Assembly (NCBI GenBank): GCA_024704765.1
Contig: JAKMXF010000199.1
Span: 62,001 to 126,000 of the forward strand
Source: Oopsacas minuta
Taxonomy: Eukaryota > Animalia > Porifera
Direction of reading: 5' to 3'
DNA: 64,000 bases
This document shows, in pieces, positions 28,411-41,453 of this stretch (its first letter is position 1; every line of letters starts with the position of its first letter). Below the pieces are notes generated by a model, which saw only the letters and a list, made by a program, of their open reading frames with translations, searched no databases and was not told the DNA's origin. The translations under genes were made by a program, and so were the position numbers.

Positions 28411-29457
28411 TCATAATTGATTATCAAAAGTTTCGATAAATTCCCCCTTAAACTTCAAACACTGTTTCCATCGTTCTGATAACTTTTCCAGCCCAGTGGT
28501 ATAGAATTCAGAGCTCCCTGATTCCCACTGTTTTATTTCATACTCGAGCCGTTTGAAATTCTCAAATCTCTTCATCTCTCCAAACAGCCAGTAGTCGCTG
28601 GGAGCCAGGTCTGGACTATACGGTGGATGAGGGAAGCATTCGAATCCTAAGTCGTCAATTGCAGCCATTGTCTTGAAGCTTACATGGGGCCTTGCGTTGT
28701 CATGTTGCAGCAATACGCCACGTGTCAACTTGCCTCGCCTCTCACGTTTAATCGCTTGACGCAATTCTTTCAATTCGTCAACGTAATAATCACTGTTTAT
28801 GGTTGTCTTCTCAGGCAACCAGTCGAGGTGTATAATTCCTTTCCTATCACAAAATACTGTTGCCATTCTCTTCCCTGCTGATTTTACAGCCTTTACCTTG
28901 ATGGGTACAGGTTCATCACGTCTCTTCCACTGCTTCGATTGAGTTTTGCTCTCTGGTTCATAATAATGAAACCAAGTTCCATGCCCCGTTACTATACGAT
29001 CCAAAAAGTCTTCCTCTGTCTTGTATCTTGAAAGTAATTCTTTGCTAACTCTGACCCTTTCGTGTTTTTGTTCTTTTGAAAGAAGTTTTGGGACCCAACG
29101 CGCAGTTATCTTCGACATTTCCAGATCTTCAGTGATAATCGAGTGTAATGTGGCTTTTGATATACCTACTCTCTCTTCTAACTCTCGCAAGGTTATATGT
29201 CTGTCCTCGTCCAAAATTATTCGGACCCTCTCGGTATTACTGCGGGTTTTTGAGGAAGTCGAACGACCTGGACGAGGGTCATCGTGGGGTTCCTCATCGC
29301 GATTATCAAAACGTTCGATCCATCTATATATGGTGGCTTTCGAAGGACATTCATCACCGAAAATATCCTGCATTTCACGAAGAATGTATGAGCCAGTCTT
29401 CCCCTTTTTCCACAGGTACCAAATTATTTGTCGTTTTCCTTCTTAGCTAAAATCCAT
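28411..29457 (-). pseudogene. mariner DD34D transposase, inactivated
   Basis: Upstream start MDFS*EGKRQII has a stop at codon 5; WVPKLL, HDNARPH, YSPDLAPSDYWLF present; first catalytic Asp altered (IVTGHGTW instead of IVTGDETW). Confidence 0.92.
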
Positions 29458-29529
29458 TAGTTGAAAAAGTAGCCTATACAAATGAAACTTTATACTGAAG
29501 AATATGCTAGTAGAGTAAAGAGTATATTG

Positions 29530-31849
29530 CAGCGGTCCCCAACCTTGTAGAACCAAGTGCCAGTTCCTAGTAATATGTGAGTCAGGCGGGCCAAACTTCT
29601 CTTTTATTCCCTATGTCCTAAGAGTAAGCAATTAGGACTACTTCACACATTTCTTAGTAACTAACATTGGACTAATACTACACTTTACTAACATGTTAAT
29701 GAGAAGCTTGATGCTGTTTTCTTTGTTTTGATAATGTTTCAAAATTTGAAATGCTAACAGTTGTTGTGATTCTTAAAACATCATTTAAATGGTCATCTGT
29801 GAGTCTCGTACGTGTAATACTTTTGGTAAACTTCATTTTTGAGAATAGTTGTTCGTATGTGAAAGACTGCCAAATAAGCAGCAGAATTTCTTAGCATGTT
29901 TCGAAGTTCTGGAAATTGCTGTTCTGTAAGATACTTCTGGTAAAAGTACTAATATCATCCTCACAATCACGAAATTTAGACTTCAAAAGATCATTATACT
30001 GAAGATCTACCAATTCCATTTGTACTAGTTCAGCAGCTTCATCAACAGAAACATCAAAAGGTGCTGCAAGTAGCCTGAAATCAGACTTATACTTCTGTAC
30101 ATCCACAAATCTGGCAGAAAACTGAGCTCTTAAGTCAGAAATAAAGTTTAAGTAGGTGCCTGTGTCATCTGGGTTATTTGCTTTTAAAGTTGGAAAATGT
30201 ACAAAATTCTTTTCTTGTAGCTGATTTTTCCAAAGCCGAAGTTTTATTTCAAAGGAACAAATACATTTATTAGCTGTCTTTTAGCTTGCAAATGCAAATT
30301 TAGTGAATTCAGATGATCAGTAATGTCTACTAAAAATGCAAAGTCTGATAGCCATGAGGAATCAGTGAACTGAGGAATGACCATCCCCTTGCTTCTCATG
30401 AAGCTGTCAAGTTCTTCTTTCAAATAATACACTCGTTTCAACATAGCGCCTCTACTCAGCCAAAGTACCTCACAATAGCATAATAAGTCGCCATATTCTG
30501 ATTTCATTTCTTTGAGTAACTCTTGGAACTGACGATGATTGAGACCTCGACTTTTTACGAAGTTCACAGACTTTACAACTATTTCCATGACATTTTTCAA
30601 TTTTATAGATTTGGCACACACACAAGGCCTCCTGATGTATTAAGCAATGTACTTTAATGAGATCTCGTTGACTTCCATTTTCTTTGCAATATTTCTCAAG
30701 CAGTGCTGCAAAACCATTTTCTTTAACAACCATTGCAGGAGCACCATCAGTTGCAACACCAAAAATATTATCAAGATTTAGGTTAAACTCCTCGAGTACA
30801 TCTTTAACAACATTAAATATATCAACACCTGTAGTTCTACCTTTCATAGGCAGCAATCGCACAAATTCTTCAAAAATGCGAAAGTCAGGTGTAACACCAC
30901 GCACAAACACCGCAAGTTGTGCTGTGTCACATAAATCATTGCTTTCATCGAGAGCTATAGAGTAGTATTGAAACTGTCCAGCAACATCTTTCAATGACAA
31001 CTTGAAATTTTTTGCGATATCTTCAATTCTACGAGTCACAGTTGATGATGAAAGACTTACATTGGCAAAAACATTTTTCTCTTCAGGACAAAGCAAATCA
31101 ACAGCTGTCATAATGCATTCCTTGACAAATTGGCCATCTGAAAAAGGTTTCATATTCTTTGCTATTGGGTGGCTGATTGCTAAACTCACTTTGGTGGCCT
31201 TCTTTGAGTTTTCGTTTATTTTTGTAAAAGTCATTTGCTGCTTGGAGATACTTTTCTTCAAAGCTTCTATTTTATCGTTCCGGATCAAACCAGTGTACTC
31301 TGAATACTTTGAGTGTTTTGCATCATAATGTCTCTTTATGTTGAATTCTTTCTTGACTGCAATCATCTCTTGGCAGATAAGACAGAGAGGCTGCCCATTG
31401 TGGCAAATAAAGAAATTTTTTCTGTCCAACACTCCTTGAAAGCCCTCATTTCAGAATCTACCCTCATTTTCTTAACTGGGAGCATAGTTTACTTCATGAA
31501 TCAAACTTAAATTCGGACCAGACTTGTTTAGATACGTAATTATTCTAATACTAGACTTGCAGGAATAGATAATATACGTATATATGTAGGCATTCGTTGA
31601 ACAAACTAGACAGTAAACAATAGATTACACAATATATGAATAGTATTAGAGAATACATATAGGCGAGCCAAAATTGCATATTCACTGTTGCAGTAATCAA
31701 AAAAATGTGTTAATTAATACGCTTCATTGAGTTGGCTAAGTGGCACTAATTTGTTAGTAGTAAGCGAATACATAAGAGTAGGCAAATTGGAGCTAGGGTT
31801 TGGCGGGCCAGAACTTTTGGGAACGCGAGCCGTAGGTTGGGGACCTCTG
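29530..31849 (-). mobile_element. hAT DNA transposon (SPIN/GTF2IRD2-like), 2320 bp, nested in the mariner 5' UTR
   Basis: 16-bp TIR cag(c/a)ggtccccaacct; exact 8-bp TSD GTATATTG (29522-29529, 31850-31857). Confidence 0.95.
29696..31485 (-). pseudogene. Frameshifted SPIN/GTF2IRD2-like hAT transposase
   Basis: MLPVKKMRVDSEMRAF start, IALDESND, VATDGAP, HCLIHQEALC, WLSRG, EQLFSKMKFTKS...QHQASH* end; at least four frameshifts. Confidence 0.9.
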
Positions 31850-32128
31850 GTATATTGTATCGAAGTTAGGCAATCAAGTTAGGCTTGTAATCTGATATTA
31901 GGCTTAGAGCTGTATTAACTAGAATATGAATTCGATACATTAGTCTCATTACTTATTGAACAACCCTTGTAGTTCAAGCTGTCACTTGATTGTGTTTAGA
32001 TAAGTTTTGCCAGAAACAGAACCATACTATTTATATGGTTCTGTCCAAGTGACTCAATTAACCAGTGGCTCTAATAAGCGGAATATACTGGATATCTATA
32101 TATTAAACAAAGTTATGATGAAACTCAC

Positions 32129-32369
32129 TTGTAGAAGAATTTTGAGAAAGTACAGTTCCTCTTGATAAAGAAATGGTGTCTGTAGCACTAATAGGAAAGG
32201 AGAGTAGAGTTATATATGAGAAACTGACTGATGACGGAATTATAACTTCAGAAAAAGATAATTCCAATCTTCCATTATCAAGATCAATACGAGAAAATAG
32301 AATAAGCTTTGGAGGTGAAAGATCTTTGGTAAAATTTAAGACTTGCAAGCCAAAGAAGTTCGAATTCAC
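32129..32369 (-). CDS. Exon 2 of secreted tandem-repeat protein gene (VNSNFFGLQVLNFTKDLSPPKLILFSRIDLDNGRLELSFSEV...SQNSST)
   Basis: Acceptor aatatctAG|GTG (phase 0) and donor ACA A|GTGAGT (phase 1); 241 nt, open. Confidence 0.9.
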
Positions 32370-35300
32370 CTAGATATTAAATGTAACTCAAAGAGAAATT
32401 CCTAAAAGTGATGTGCTTTCTAAAAGGGATGGTTGATGTGTTTCACAGTAGCACCTCGCCCGGATAGGTGCCTCGAAACCCATAAGTAATATTTAGTAAT
32501 TTGAGCAATTTATATGGTAGTTCTGTAGATATCTACCTGTTATTCACATGTTTCAAAATATAAATGTACATGTACTGTATTGTATACACAGTGTTTCGGT
32601 TGCAATGACGTTTTTCGAAGTGATGAACTTACTGTGGTCATTAATGTACGTATATAGTTAACATCCGCTATCTCAAATACCCGTAAACTCAAGATTCGCC
32701 ATCTCGAACGAATTTTCATTTCACCTCGTTCTAGTATTAGATTTACATAGAAAAAACCGTTCAGTTTCCAGGGTGGTGCCAGAACTTTTACCGACGAGAA
32801 GGCTAAATTTGAGGATGTATTTCAGCATATACGCAACTAAGCAAATGTGTGTGGGTGGACAAGAAGGATGAAAGCATGCCCGCTCGCCCTATACTTTTTG
32901 TATTATGGTGGAGTCAAATCTGGGCAAGGGTTTATCTATGATTCTAGTTGCTTGGTGTGCATCTAATGTGCCAGTTCAGCACCCATTAAGGACATCATTA
33001 CAATACTGAAAGTATATCATGAATGTAATTTAAATACTCTGTGACCCACTGGTGGGTCACGCCGGTGCGAATGTGTAAAGTGTCCAAGACCATTCCCTCT
33101 AGCAAATTGTAAAGTATGAAAATCTGGATACTGAAATACCTCACTACTCGCACTTCAAAACATTTACGATGACTATCCTTAAATTGATTGCCTATTGCAT
33201 TTCATATTTTCTGAGCCTACCACTTTGAACTTCTATAAACAATATTGGAAAAGATCAGTCCAATAACATTTTTAGAAGTGAAAATATGGCTGAGCTTTTT
33301 GGCACCTGGAATGTTTTTAATAGTACGTACGTATATTCAATAGCATTCAATTTTGTGACAACACGGCATAATAAAATAAAATAAATTACAACGTGTGCCA
33401 CACTTTAGAAAAGCTGTCACTATAAATGGAGGCACTATGAAAGTTTGGTCTCAAACTATCAATGTATTCGTTTGGCAATCAACTGGCTTGTCACTGCATA
33501 GAATATCGGTCATCCCCATGCAAACGAGTAATCTTTCAGGATAAATCAGATTATTCAAATTCACGATTAATCTATGTGTATATGTATGTATATATGTGTT
33601 TGTATGTTCGGAATTGATTGAAGAACCTGGAAAACCCCCCAGTGCTGATTTTTGCATACAATGGTATTTTTGGACTGGATCGGACAAGTTCGAATCTTGG
33701 ACGAAAATTTACACATATGACGAAATGATGACCAAATAGAAATCTTTTGTGATTTTGGAAAAAACACTTTATTCACCACTGATCAACCAATATTCATGAT
33801 AGAAATTTGAGATATGAAACTCAGGAATTCCTTAATATGCCACATGCTCTGATGTCATGATTTTGGCTAAAGCCTAACTCATCATAGAATTATTACGTCA
33901 TCAAGGCAAAAGTGTCCAGATCCGCAAAATTAACCTCGAGCTTGAGGCACGCAGTGCCGAGTATACCAGAACAAGTAGCGACCAAAAGCATCAAGAAATT
34001 TAGCTGTCAAACACTTAACCAATATACATGATCGAAGTTTGAAATTTGAATCACTGGTCCCCTTCGATGGGCCAAATGTCCCGGAGTCATAATTTTGAAC
34101 TCATCGTGGAAATATTACGTCATCACTGTATAAAAAATCATATTTCCAAATTCTGAGACACTTGAATGTTTCATAATTATTACTCGAAAAGCCTAGATTA
34201 CTAACCAAATATTCACATAGCTACTTCAGTATTACTGCAGAAGGCCATTAAATGGAATTTGGATGGACCATGGATAATAAAAATTACATTTTCTGCTATT
34301 TCATACATTCGAGGTAAGAAGTAAATTCTGTCGCAGAGCGGCCGAGCAAGCGAAGCGCGCTAGTAATAGGATAATTACCAATGACAACAGTGCTAAAGAA
34401 AGACATACAATTATGATCTTTTATTGTCAAATTATTAATATATAAAATTCTAGAAGAGACTGAAGAGTACAAGGGTGTAGAATTTGTTTCTCTTTCGAAG
34501 GGTGTAAATTTTGCTATAGGCAGACAAAAGTTTGGTAAGTGCAAGATTGTGTCCAATGTTTTAGGATCCTCACAGTGGCGGTCCAAAAGGCGGGTAAACA
34601 GGGTATTTGCCTCAGATTCATCAGATCCTCAGACCACCATTGCCGATTATATAATATGATTTTGCCACTGATTTGCCGCGGACTATGGAAAATCCTGGGA
34701 CTGTCCCAGTCCCCAGGATCCACTTGGAAACTTTTTCGCAAACCCGACAGTAATTATCCTTCTATCCTGAGAGTTTTAGCCCTTAATCTATTATAGTTTT
34801 AGCCATATATCGTGACGAAACTATAAATAAATATATAAGAATATAAACAACCAGTTCAATACTGGCTCACTACGTAGTAGTCGGAACAGTAAAATCTAAA
34901 ATTACGATCTGTGCAGACAGATGAGTCAATTAATTAAATTTGTTCACAAAGTGGCAAGAAACTGAAGAAACTGGAGGACCCAGAGGACTGATTTTGGCAT
35001 AAAGGGGTATTTGGGGGAGGGCTCGGACAAGTTCGAGTCTTGAACGAAAATTCACACCTTTGACGAAATTAAAATGTCATTGTCACCTATGGGTTATAGA
35101 AAAATTACATTATTTACCACTGCTCAGCGAATACACATTACAGAAGTTTGAACCACAGATACCCCTAAATGTAACAATGTCCTGACGTCACGATTCTTGC
35201 CAAAAACTAACTCATCATGGGATTATGACGTCATCATTATTGTTGAAAATTGATATTCTATACTTTTCGATTTTTAGCGTCATATCATCCTGGGGAACAA

Positions 35301-35995
35301 AATTCAAACCGCACAAATGTTGAAGACCGAAGGTCGGGAAATATGAGTTTGTTAATCAATAATTTAAATGACCCGCAGCATAGATATTCGAAAATCTTCA
35401 ATGACAGTCTAGTTCACATACTTAGTTTTATTCTCTTAAATTGTTCGACCCCTAAACGAGGTCTGATTGTATAGAAAATTTTGTTAGGTGGAATTTGCAA
35501 GTAAAAGAATAAGAAATAAGTGGTTGGAAATCAACTTTGTAAAATTGACATGTTTGAACCACCCTACTGAATGAGCAGTGTCCAATAATGTGATTTCGAT
35601 AATTCAATTACGTCTTATTACCTCTAAATGTGTGAATTTTCACCCCAGACTTTTGATATATAACAAGCAATCTGCGTATTATATACAACTATAACTTTTA
35701 AACGCACATTACGACTCTTCTTTGCAAGACCCTATAGCCAGGATATAGAAGTGGTGATTAAGATAATTCAAAACTATTCGCGGCATCGGAGATATCATTC
35801 AATATATTATTAGTTAATTAATTCCTCTATAGTTCAGTTTATGGGTATAGTATCGCTTACAATAATAAGTCGAATTAATTCTTAAGTTCACCTCATTATT
35901 GTACTTTGTCAGATACATTCTTGCAACATTAATCTGTTTGTAAAGTGCGGAACAAAGATTAGTGGCAGTTTCTAATAAATTAGTAAGATTTATAG

Positions 35996-36775
35996 CAGGG
36001 GTTTTCAACCAGTGGGTCGCGAGAGCTTTTTCAGTGGGTCGTGGAAGGTAGGAATTTTTACTGAATTTCAGTGATTCTATTACTATTAATTTGTGGTTAG
36101 TGTCGCATTGCGTAATTGGAAACCCTATAGTCATTATATGACATCATTATATTGATTATGAAATAACATAGAAGAAATAGAATCTTGAAGGAATACATAC
36201 AATTCGTGACATGTACGAATTGTAATGGCACGAATTGTAATGGTACGAATTGTAATGTCACGAATTGTATGTATTCCAATATTGAAGTGTAATATTTTAT
36301 TAAATAACCTATGAAGTCCAGGCTTGTATGTACAACAAAGAATTATATAAAGACATTTCTAGGCCTTTCAACTTTAACAAGTCCTTCTAATCGTATTTTT
36401 ACTAAATGGCAACTAAACGTGCTCCGAAGCGTGCTTACTCAGATGATTATCTGAAATTTGGATTTACAAGTATAGTAATTGAAGGTATTGAAAAACCACA
36501 ATGCGTGATATGTCTGAGAGTATTATCTGCAGAGTCTATGAAGCCTAGAATTCAAAAGCTAGTTGATGAAAAACAACATCAAAAATCACATTAAATAATC
36601 ATGTGTGATAATTATTAGCATTGTAGATGTAGTAAATTTACATTAGAATAATATATACGAGTTAAGTACATACATTTTGAAATTTACGTTTTGGTTATGC
36701 CTTCATCGGGTGGGGCGCGAACGCTTTAAAAAGTTGGAAAGTGGGTCGTGGTCAGAAAAAGGTTGAAAACCCCTG
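35996..36775 (+). mobile_element. Internally deleted Buster/Charlie-type hAT, 780 bp
   Basis: Perfect 15-bp TIR CAGGGGTTTTCAACC; exact 8-bp TSD ATTTATAG; 62-aa ORF 36406-36594 joins a transposase N-terminus (KRAYSDDYLKFGF...KPQCVIC...LSAESMKP) to a C-terminus (RIQKLVDEKQHQKSH). Confidence 0.92.
36190..36277. mobile_element. 88-bp Mutator-like mini-element nested in the Buster derivative
   Basis: Perfect 22-bp TIR ggaatacatacaattcgtgaca; interior is 15-bp cgaattgtaatg-containing repeats; flanks aatcttgaa / aatattgaa (8/9, 9-bp TSD). Confidence 0.75.
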
Positions 36776-36957
36776 ATTTATAGTATTAGATTGCTGTTCG
36801 CAATGTAGATTCTCTAATACATCGGGACAGCTCGGGAGTCAATGTTTGTCCCATTAACCGATTATGATTTACTTTAGTATTCAAAATTAATTTTTCATGG
36901 TCTCAGATTATAACCAGAAATATCCTATTACACTACTACTAAATCCTGATATATATA

Positions 36958-38267
36958 CAGTCTGTAACATAATTATTGAGAATTATTCAATGAGCAAGAA
37001 CAGAATCAATTTTCCTGAAATGAGTACTAATTCATGTGATTTTGCTTCAAAAAACATCACTAGTTAATAATTTATTGCAAAACCACCAGATTCTATTACC
37101 ATTTGGCATCTGTGTGGCATCGAATCACAATATGACCTTAGAAATTCAGGGGTTATCTTTTCCCATACAATTTCAAGCATCTTCCTTAGCTCTGAAATTG
37201 TCCTAGGAGCCAATTTTATAAGTTCTCGTTTTACCCAACTGAAAACATTTTCTATTGGGTTGATATCGGGGCTCTGAGAAGGCCAAGGAAGATGATTCGG
37301 GATGTTCTGAACAAGATATGTCTTGACAAGTTTAGAGGTGTGCTTTGGGTCGTTGTCCATGACAAGACGCCATTCATTTCGGTGGAAGATTTCTGCCTGA
37401 GTTAACAAATGCCCTTCTAGAATATCAACAAACATTTGACTGTTCATGTTTTCGGTGAAAATACATAGAGGAAATGTTCCCATTGAACTAAACCCCGCCC
37501 AAACATTGATCTTTAGAGAATGCTTAGTTGTCGAGACAATTCGTTTTTGGCCTGATTTTGTCCACATTTTGATCCTTCCTCGAGCAAGCCAAATCGACAT
37601 TTCATCAATAAATACTGTTTGGTACCACGCTTTCTTGGGATATTTGTACTTCTTAGCCCATTGCAGCCTTGCAAGTCGATTTTTCTCGCTAATCATTGGT
37701 TTATTTGTCGGTTGTTTTTTGTTTTAGTCAAGATCTTTCATCGCGCGCCAGACTGTTTCGTATGAGGGTTTACCGGGTGCAAGTGATACCAAAGTACGTA
37801 AAGAAAGATAGGGCTTACGTCTGATCTGTTGAGTAACGCTTCTCTTAACAGATAATCTGAGGCTAGATGGCCTCCCAGCTCCCTTACGATGTTCAAGACC
37901 AACATTATGTTGTTTTCTTGATTTTACTCGATAAACCGTTGCCACACTGACGCCAAGTTTCTTTGAAATCTGAACAACAGATAGACCAGAACTGATAAGT
38001 AATGTTTCTATCTGTAGTCTCTTTCGCTGTTGACTCATATCAAGGAATTACAAGCTAAAAATTAGAATATTTTGAATTTACAAGTTATTAGATTCTTCAT
38101 ATAAATTAAACATTGAAGAATGCAATCTAAGTTGATAAATGGTCAAAATAGTTAAGAAAGCATATGTCTAACTAACTCTACATGTAAATGATAATGTAAA
38201 GTATGATTGAAAGAAAATTGGTTCTTTAAGAATATATCGAAAATAGTCAATAATTATGTACAGACTG
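36958..38267 (-). mobile_element. Tc1-like transposon, 1310 bp
   Basis: TIR cagtctgta(a)cataattattga; TA flanks; encloses a DD34E transposase. Confidence 0.93.
37064..38038 (-). pseudogene. Tc1-family DD34E transposase with a single frameshift (~37724)
   Basis: HTH (ISKKLGVSVATVYRV), GRP, VFIDE, MDNDPKH and SPDINPIEN with exactly 34 residues between D and E. Confidence 0.92.
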
Positions 38268-39448
38268 TATAGGAACTATTAGAGTTAAGTCGTTGTAGTA
38301 AGGCATAGTCCCGGCTTCAAGAGGTCATAAAAAATCTTTACTCAAAAATAGTAATTTAGGTATAAACTTAGTAATTAAAGTTTAACAATGATGCACGTAC
38401 TTATTACTGCAACCTCAATTATCCGTAAACCAGAGACCATGCAAAACGTTTGGATAACCAAGTGTCTGGATTATTGAGGTAATTTATACATGGCGGAATA
38501 GGAAATTGGAGCTGAGACAAGTGAGCAAAGTTAATATTCTTAGTTTTGTAAATAATCGAATCGATGTTGTATCGTTATGGTTGTAGAATATTAAAATCCC
38601 TAGTTTAAAAAGAAACCATATTCATTGATTCTGAATAAATATACGATAGTTAAATTAGGATAGAAATCCCAATTAACCGATTCGATGTCCCAATAATCCG
38701 ACGATTTTTCTATGTAAAAATCTGTTCCCAAACCATTGTCCAGTCTAAGAGGATACCCCGATTAAGCGGCTTCCACTGAATAGGGTAAAACGAACAATTT
38801 TTTAGTCTCACGAAAACCTTTGGGGTTATGAACCTAAAACGATGCTTCACCCCTTGGATGCTTAATTGGTACTGCACCCATCCAAAACTTGCACCCGCAA
38901 AGATTTTTACTAGATCAACCCCTGCGGATAACTATGTAATTATCGTGATAACCAAGGAAGTAAACAGAATTCGAAAATCTTGATCAAACATATCGAATGT
39001 GCTGAATCTGATTTTCACACTTTTGAATTACTCATCTGTATGTGTATTTGTAGTTTTATGAATACAAGCCGCTTCGCTTGCTTGCAATAATTACAACTTG
39101 TATACAATCAGTTAAACTAGACATATCATTGTTGTTTTATGAATATAAAGTAAACAAATAATTGAAATCTCAAATTATATGTAAAGACTAGGGCAGGCAC
39201 AACCTTCTGCCGAGCCCTGACTAACGATAAGAGCGGCCAATTATTGGATGTTATATTTGCTACATAATTAATAATTACGAGCACGATTTGCTTGCTAGCG
39301 CTGAGCGACTTGGTGAACACCATGTTCTTATTACTTATTTATGTGCACAAAAACAACAAATACATTTACATATGATTAATTTAAAAGTGTGAAAATCAGA
39401 TTCAGGATACGTATTCGATATATGAAGTCAAATATTATTAAATTATGT

Positions 39449-41453
39449 TTACTTATCTCCATGATGTTTCAGTAATAATCTCATTGAATTCCCTTCAAAG
39501 CTTCCACCATAGTATTGAATTTTCTTGATGTTATACCTCTTCAAAGTATCCTGATGGATCTGTATTTCGTCTTCTGACATGGACTCTACAATTACATCAT
39601 AAAGTCTCTGGCCTACTCCAAGCAGCAAATGTAGCTCTGGGAGATTGATAATAGTCATGTTTTCAATAGGTAGAATACCAGCATCCTGAAATACGGTGGG
39701 GTTTCAACTCCCTTGCATAATTTTAAATTTTCTTTCAATCAGCCATATTCTCTGCAAAATTCTTCATACTGTGCAGCATGCTGTGTTGACCCTCTTAGCT
39801 CCCATTTCCCAATATCGTCAAGATTATCCCTTTCGTCCCAGGTACACCAGGGACAGGGATGTCTGCCAGGCATGATACCAAAGCTATTAGTGCAGCTTTT
39901 ATATCAATCGTTAGGCTTATATTGAGGTCTAGGATTAGACGTCTGATTTCATGACTGGAGAATATTGACTTGAGGTTGTGATAATTTTCTGGTACAGGAC
40001 TCAGCCAAATTATAGCCAGATCGCTTACACTATTGGATAATTCTGGTTGAATTGTCATTTTCAAAAATCCTTGTGCAAAGTCCAGTCCTAACTTATAATG
40101 TAATTTATAGATATCAATCCCATCTGATTGAGAAAATCTTTTACTAAGAAGGCCAGGAACATCACAACAGAATACTGTCCAGACAGGGCAAATATCACTA
40201 TATCCCTTCTTCGGAGATCGGTTCAGCTCTAGTTGGCAAACTTCAAAGAATTGACCAATAATTTCATATCGAGCAGTGTAAAATAATTTCATCCCTGGGG
40301 TGCCAATTAATTTACCTCTCAATATACTTATAACTGACTTAAGACCGTTATTACTTAGATTTCCTTTAGTCTTTATTTGTAACATATCTGAGAGTTCAAG
40401 ACTGACAGACGGTACGCTACTTGAAGCAGACTTATTCAAAGAAGAACTATCTGTAAGATAAACCGGATGCCCTCCTGAAATATGTGGTAGTTCTAGGTAT
40501 AAATCATCACTTACATCCAAACGCTTAACGATATCATCTCCTACAAATTTATCTAATAATTTTCTTTTACCTAAGCAGTGTCTGGTGTTGGTAACAGCAT
40601 TAGAAGAAGAACATTCATGGCGAATGCCTCGTCCTACTTTAAGAAAACATTTATTGCACAACTTTACAACTTGTTGAGGAGAATTTTCTACCGGTCTACC
40701 AACAGATTTGTGTCGAATTTGCTGAGGTGCATGTTTCTTTGGTCCAAATCGATACGCTTCTTGACACATAGCACAAGGAGAATCAACAAAACAAGAGCTT
40801 AGTCTGGTGTTCTTTATTGGCAGTATCCAAGAAAAAGGTTTCGGAATATTTCCTGCACTCAGATTCTTGTCCGTTTTCTCAAGCCAAATTGCACAAGTCT
40901 TACAGAGAACTGTTGGTAACATGCAGCTGAGATCGTCAACGTTGTTTGATAAAAACTGTGCATACATCTTTAGTAACCTTGGAGTTAAATTTACCCCATT
41001 GTTCCCCACTTTAACACAACAATTGCGACATACCTTCTGTCGCGCTTTCATATGTTTGTCACTGAAAATTGTTCCAAAGGATTCCATCTTCCAAATATAG
41101 ATTTTGGTTTCTAATATACGATATTTATGGTAGTTGCAGTTGAATAGGGATGCCGTACTAAACAACACGTATTCAAGTGTGAAGACACGACAAGTAAGGA
41201 AAATATCCTTACAATTCATGTGTATATTTAACTCTACAAATTAACATGAATTGAATTCAAAGAGTAAGTACCACAAAATGAAAGGTGTTAGAAATTAGGT
41301 GAAAAAAATATAATTAGGCTAAATTTTTGTTTTTGCGTACGAATAATTTTGAATAATGAATATTTGGGAAATAGACATGCTACTCTATCACTCCAGCTAG
41401 ATTTTGAACAAACTGTATTTTTTTGATCGATATTTGAATCTGAGCGACCCGTG
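39449..41453 (-). mobile_element. Chapaev-like (CMC) transposon remnant; transposase from ATG 41087, frameshift ~39879, C-terminally truncated
   Basis: H-x7-CxxC...PTVLCKTC N-terminus; KLGLDFAQGFLK, NSV, ENYHNL, IDIK, (shifted) HPCPWC, PELHLLLG, YYGGSFEGN; candidate 5' terminus CACGGGTCGCTCAG at 41453; no matching 3' end found. Confidence 0.7.

Larger units (their letters stand above)
28352..31969 (-). mobile_element. mariner transposon (1290 bp once the nested hAT and one TSD copy are removed)
   Basis: 28-bp TIR caagggttgttcaataa(a/g)taatgagact with 1 mismatch; TA on both flanks (28350-28351, 31970-31971). Confidence 0.95.
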
